Position numbers and translations under genes: made by a program
Assembly: GCF_009914755.1 (NCBI RefSeq)
Contig: NC_060934.1
Length of the DNA: 64,000 nt
Origin: the human T2T-CHM13v2.0 reference genome, Homo sapiens
Direction: 5' to 3' (one strand)
The notes under the pieces: model-generated
What the model was told of the DNA's origin: nothing
Databases searched by the model: none
Seen by the model: the letters and a program-made list of their open reading frames with translations, nothing else
In this document: positions 60,116-64,000 of the stretch, piece by piece
Layout: every line of letters begins with the position of its first letter
How positions within the stretch are numbered: position 1 is the stretch's first letter

Positions 60116-60589
60116 AGTGGGAAGAGGGCGGGTGGAGCCCAGTGGGTGGGAAGGTGGGGCTGAGGAACCATTAGTCGTCCTGGGGTCAGGAGGCCCCTGG
60201 AGAGTGATGGGGGAGGGGAGAAGGGTCCTTACGTCCCTCCACCGACACCCAAGCACAGTGTCAGGGCTGGAAGTGACCTTCAAGGTCAATCACCCTAAAC
60301 TTGCCTCCTCTGTCCGGTGCTTGAGCCCTTACCCTGGCAGTGTAGAAACTCTAGTATAAAAAGCTACTGCCCCTTAAGGGGCACGCAGTGTAGAAAGAAG
60401 CTTGGACTTCGGAGCTTTGCTTTCTCTGAACTTCAGCCTTGCTGCTTGGAAATGGGCAGGAGCAGTCTCCTCACATGATGTCGCGTGGCCTGAGTGTTCA
60501 GTGGACGCACACCCTCTAGCCCAGCTCCAGCCTATAGAAATAGGATGTGGGCCTCAGATGTAAGGCAGGTGCGTAGTGTTATATTGTCC

Positions 60590-60810
60590 AGGGGCCCAAT
60601 TAAAGAAGTGAAAAAAACAGGTGAAATTAATTTCTAATAATACATGCATTTAATCTAATATATCTAAAATATTATTTCAAAATATATTTAATGTAAAAAA
60701 GCATTAACAAGATATTTCTCATTCTCTTCTTATTCTAAGCCTTTGAGACCTGGTGTGTCACTAAGCACCTTGCAGTCAAGCACCCAGGGACCACATGAGG
60801 CTGGGGATAG
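60590..60810. mobile_element. MER33-like hAT-Charlie element
   Basis: aaacaggtgaaattaatttctaataa ... aatatatctaaaatattatttcaa ... gatattt ... ccacatgaggct. Confidence 0.75.
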
Positions 60811-60964
60811 GCAGATGAGTGTGTGCTTGGCATAAGCTTGACACTCATTACCTGCCAGTCCCCTGTCCTCATTGCTGAAGCCTATGGCCTGTCTGCCTAT
60901 GGTCGAGTCTCTTCTCCAGGACAATCTTTCACACTGTGGCTGGGGTGGAGGGTGCAGGCGGTAA

Positions 60965-62265
60965 GTGCTACCCGAATCTCCACTTGCTCAAGCAAAACAG
61001 TCCTGGATCCTCAAAGTCTTGTTGGTTGAGCACATCCAAACCATCACCAAGTACAGTCTTTAAAACACAGCCTGGATGCAACCTCCACTCCACCTCCACT
61101 ACTGTGATCCAGGCCACCCCATTTCTTCCTGCACGACCAGGGGAGCCCCTGACCGGCCTCTGGGCTTCCCACCTTCCCCCTCCTACCCACTGCCCACTCT
61201 GCATCAACAAGAGCATCAGTGGGATGGCGCCATGGCCTCCCATCAAGAAGAGACCATGGCAGGGGTTTGGGTGCAGGTGGCTGAGCTGGGCGGTGATCCC
61301 GGGAGGTATCATGGAAGTATCTGGAGCGTGAGGAGGGGAAGGAGGAGGAGCTGATGGAAGAGTGTGTTATTGAGGCTGCCGCCATGAGCTGGGGGGCTTG
61401 CTTCTGCCGGGTCTCTCAAGAAACATGCAGAAGGCCTCCAGGGTTGCCCCTGAAGCAGCATGGGCACTGGAGCGTTTATCCATGGGCTTGGTCCTGTGTT
61501 TGAGTGTGGCTGTGCAGGAGCTTATTCCCCTGCATTTGGGGACTAAGCTCCCGTGCAGGCGCAGGGGCTCCCCAGGTGTCAGAGAAAGCCCTGAGGCTGA
61601 ACACGTCCTGAGGGTGTGCAGGTGTCCCGAGGATGGACCCCGCCAGCATGAGGCCTACCAGGCTGCAGCTGAGATAGCAAGGCCAGGATGCCGGGTGTCT
61701 GCCACATCTTTTCTAAATGTTTCCTTCAGAGGCTTTCTGTTGACCTTAGAATGAAATTTAACCTCTTAAGGCAGCCTTTGAGGCTCTGCCCAATCAGGCC
61801 TCTAAATACCTTCTCTCCTCACTCCTCACCACTGTCCCCACACCCCTACCCTTTAGCCTTCTGTCAGATTCCAGAAAATTCCAAGCTTTTTCCTGCCTCC
61901 AGGCCTCTGCACTTGTAGTTCCTTCTGCCTGGAATGCTTTCCCCAGCCTCTTCTCTCTGGCTCCTCCTCTCTGGATTTCCCTCCCAATGTCACCTCCTGA
62001 GAGATGACATTTCCCCTGACCTTCCTACTTCCAGCTGCTGTGCCACCCCTCGCACTCTAGCCACGCTCTTTTCCACCATTCTTCTTCAATTACTTCACAG
62101 TTCTCAGTAATTCCAGAAGTAACCTTATTCCGGGGTTTTAAAGCTCTGCATCACTAGGCCCTATCTCCCACAAAGGCATGGTACTGGTCCCTGTTGTTCA
62201 GAGGTGTCCCTAGCACCTGGAGCTGGGCCTGGCACCCAGAATGAGCTCAGGAAGTACTGCCTACT
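60965..62265 (+). mobile_element. L2 fragment interrupted by LTR16-like element
   Basis: ccatcaccaagtacagtc...ccactccacctccactactg..ccaggccacc; resumes at about 61707 tcttttctaaatg ... cctgcctccaggcctctgcacttgtagttccttctgcctggaatgcttt. Confidence 0.75.
61217..61706 (-). mobile_element. LTR16-like ERVL solo LTR
   Basis: gagacc...ggggtttgggtgcaggtgg...ggtgatcccgggag; ends gtgtctgccaca (reverse complement TGTGGCAGACAC). Confidence 0.6.
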
Positions 62266-62974
62266 CGAGTGACGTCAGTAGGCCTCCTCCTGGCCGCTCC
62301 ACCTTGGGTGTCTTTTGGGTAGTCTGTGTGCATCTCGGGCAGAGGGGAGTCTGGTCCTGGGCCTGAGAGGTGGAGAGTGGGTCTGTCCCCTCCTTGTTCT
62401 GGGTACTGTGCCTCTATTTATGCAGCCTGAGGTCCCGCTGGAGTTTCAGCTGCACATCATCATGATGACTGGCAGGCACTGGGCTTGGCCGTTACTGCCT
62501 CCTACTCTGGGCCTGGGTCTGGGGTTGCAGAGATTGAGGGTATCAAGGAGGGGCAGGAGATAGAGAGATGAGTGCACCCCACAGACTGGGTGTGGCAATC
62601 AGAGACAAGAGGCAGTTTCCTGAGAGCCAGCTGTGTGTGCGAGGCAGGAATTTCAGGAGTCCTGGGAACTTAGGAGTTGGAGGGTGGGGTTCATGGAGCC
62701 ACTCCCCTCTGGAATCCAGAGGTCAGACCCCTTCTCAGCCTCTGCTCCCACTTCCATGAGAACGGCCTCTGCCTTCCCTCCATGGCCTAGTTGAAGGTTT
62801 AGCTTGGCACCCCTTTGACTTACCGGAAAGAATCCCTTGTCCAAGGGTGTCTGTGAGCTCCATGGACTTCCCTGGAAATGTAATGGAGGTGACAGCAGTC
62901 ACCTCCTTAGACCCACCAGGAAGATGATCATGAGAGAGACAGACAAGGCCCAGTGTGGGTTGGTGCATACCGCA

Positions 62975-63570
62975 GCTGGGTCTTTCCCTCACAGCTGGTG
63001 GGATGTGAACTTGCACAGCAACTTTAGAAAAACTGTCCTGCAAGCTGCACATACACAGACCATGAGCCAGGCCTTCCACTCCTGAGCACGCGCCAGCAGC
63101 AGCGTGTACATGTGTTCAACAAAAGAACGTTCAGAGCAGCAGCGCTGTGCATAATTGTCAAAAATGGTAATGACCCACATTCTCTTCCAGGTAGAATAGG
63201 TAAGTAAACCGTGAGCTACTCAGCCAGTGGAATACTCCATGGGATGAGGATAAAAAAGCTATAGCTACAGTGCAGCAACATGGCTGAATCTCACAGAGAA
63301 AACGCTGAGATAAAGAAGCCAGACACGAAATAACACACCTGTATGATTCTGTTTCTGCGACGTTAGAGGCAGGCAAAGACAATCTCTGCGGCGGTTGCTT
63401 TGTGGGGAGATAGTTTCCTGGGAAAGGCATGCAAATCCCGCAGTGTCCTGTGTCTGACCTGGAAGTTTGCTCTGCACGTCTTCACTTTGCCACGATCCAT
63501 TGAACGGTGGCAGTGTGATTGTGTGCTTTGTCTTTGTGTGTTATCCTTCAATAGGACATTTAAAAGAAAA
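62975..63570 (+). mobile_element. L1ME-like 3' fragment
   Basis: gctggtgggatgtgaact ... agtggaatact ... gcaacatggctgaatctcaca ... aaagaagccagacac ... gtatgattc ... ttatccttcaata. Confidence 0.75.
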
Positions 63571-63579
63571 CCCCCATGA

Positions 63580-63975
<396 letters not shown>

Positions 63976-64000
63976 GATGGTCTGTTTTTATCTCCTCTGT

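Overview
This is mammalian, almost certainly primate (human-like), non-coding genomic DNA, either intronic or intergenic. The evidence is primate-specific Alu, MSTA/MSTB and MER41 elements in a GC-moderate, CpG-depleted background that is very rich in MIR and L2. I found no credible protein-coding gene, RNA gene or processed pseudogene; the ORF track is noise from GC-rich and repeat DNA, and I cannot name the locus. The window holds many interspersed repeats (4 Alu/FLAM plus a fragment, many MIR/L2, L3/CR1, old L1M pieces, MaLR/ERVL/ERV1 solo LTRs, hAT MITEs), simple repeats, and several repeat-free AT-rich, homeobox-motif-dense blocks resembling conserved developmental enhancers. The best leads are: (i) a ~945-bp UG-rich tract abutting a well-formed candidate cryptic exon, a TDP-43-type architecture; (ii) three tandem long-spacer REST/RE1-like sites; (iii) a MER41 LTR retaining two GAS cores and carrying a duplication with a templated inverted junction; (iv) nested L2/MLT1/MLT1/Alu insertions apparently reusing one target site. 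I see no convincing new biological system. Repeat subfamily names come from remembered consensus sequences, and boundaries of old repeats are approximate.
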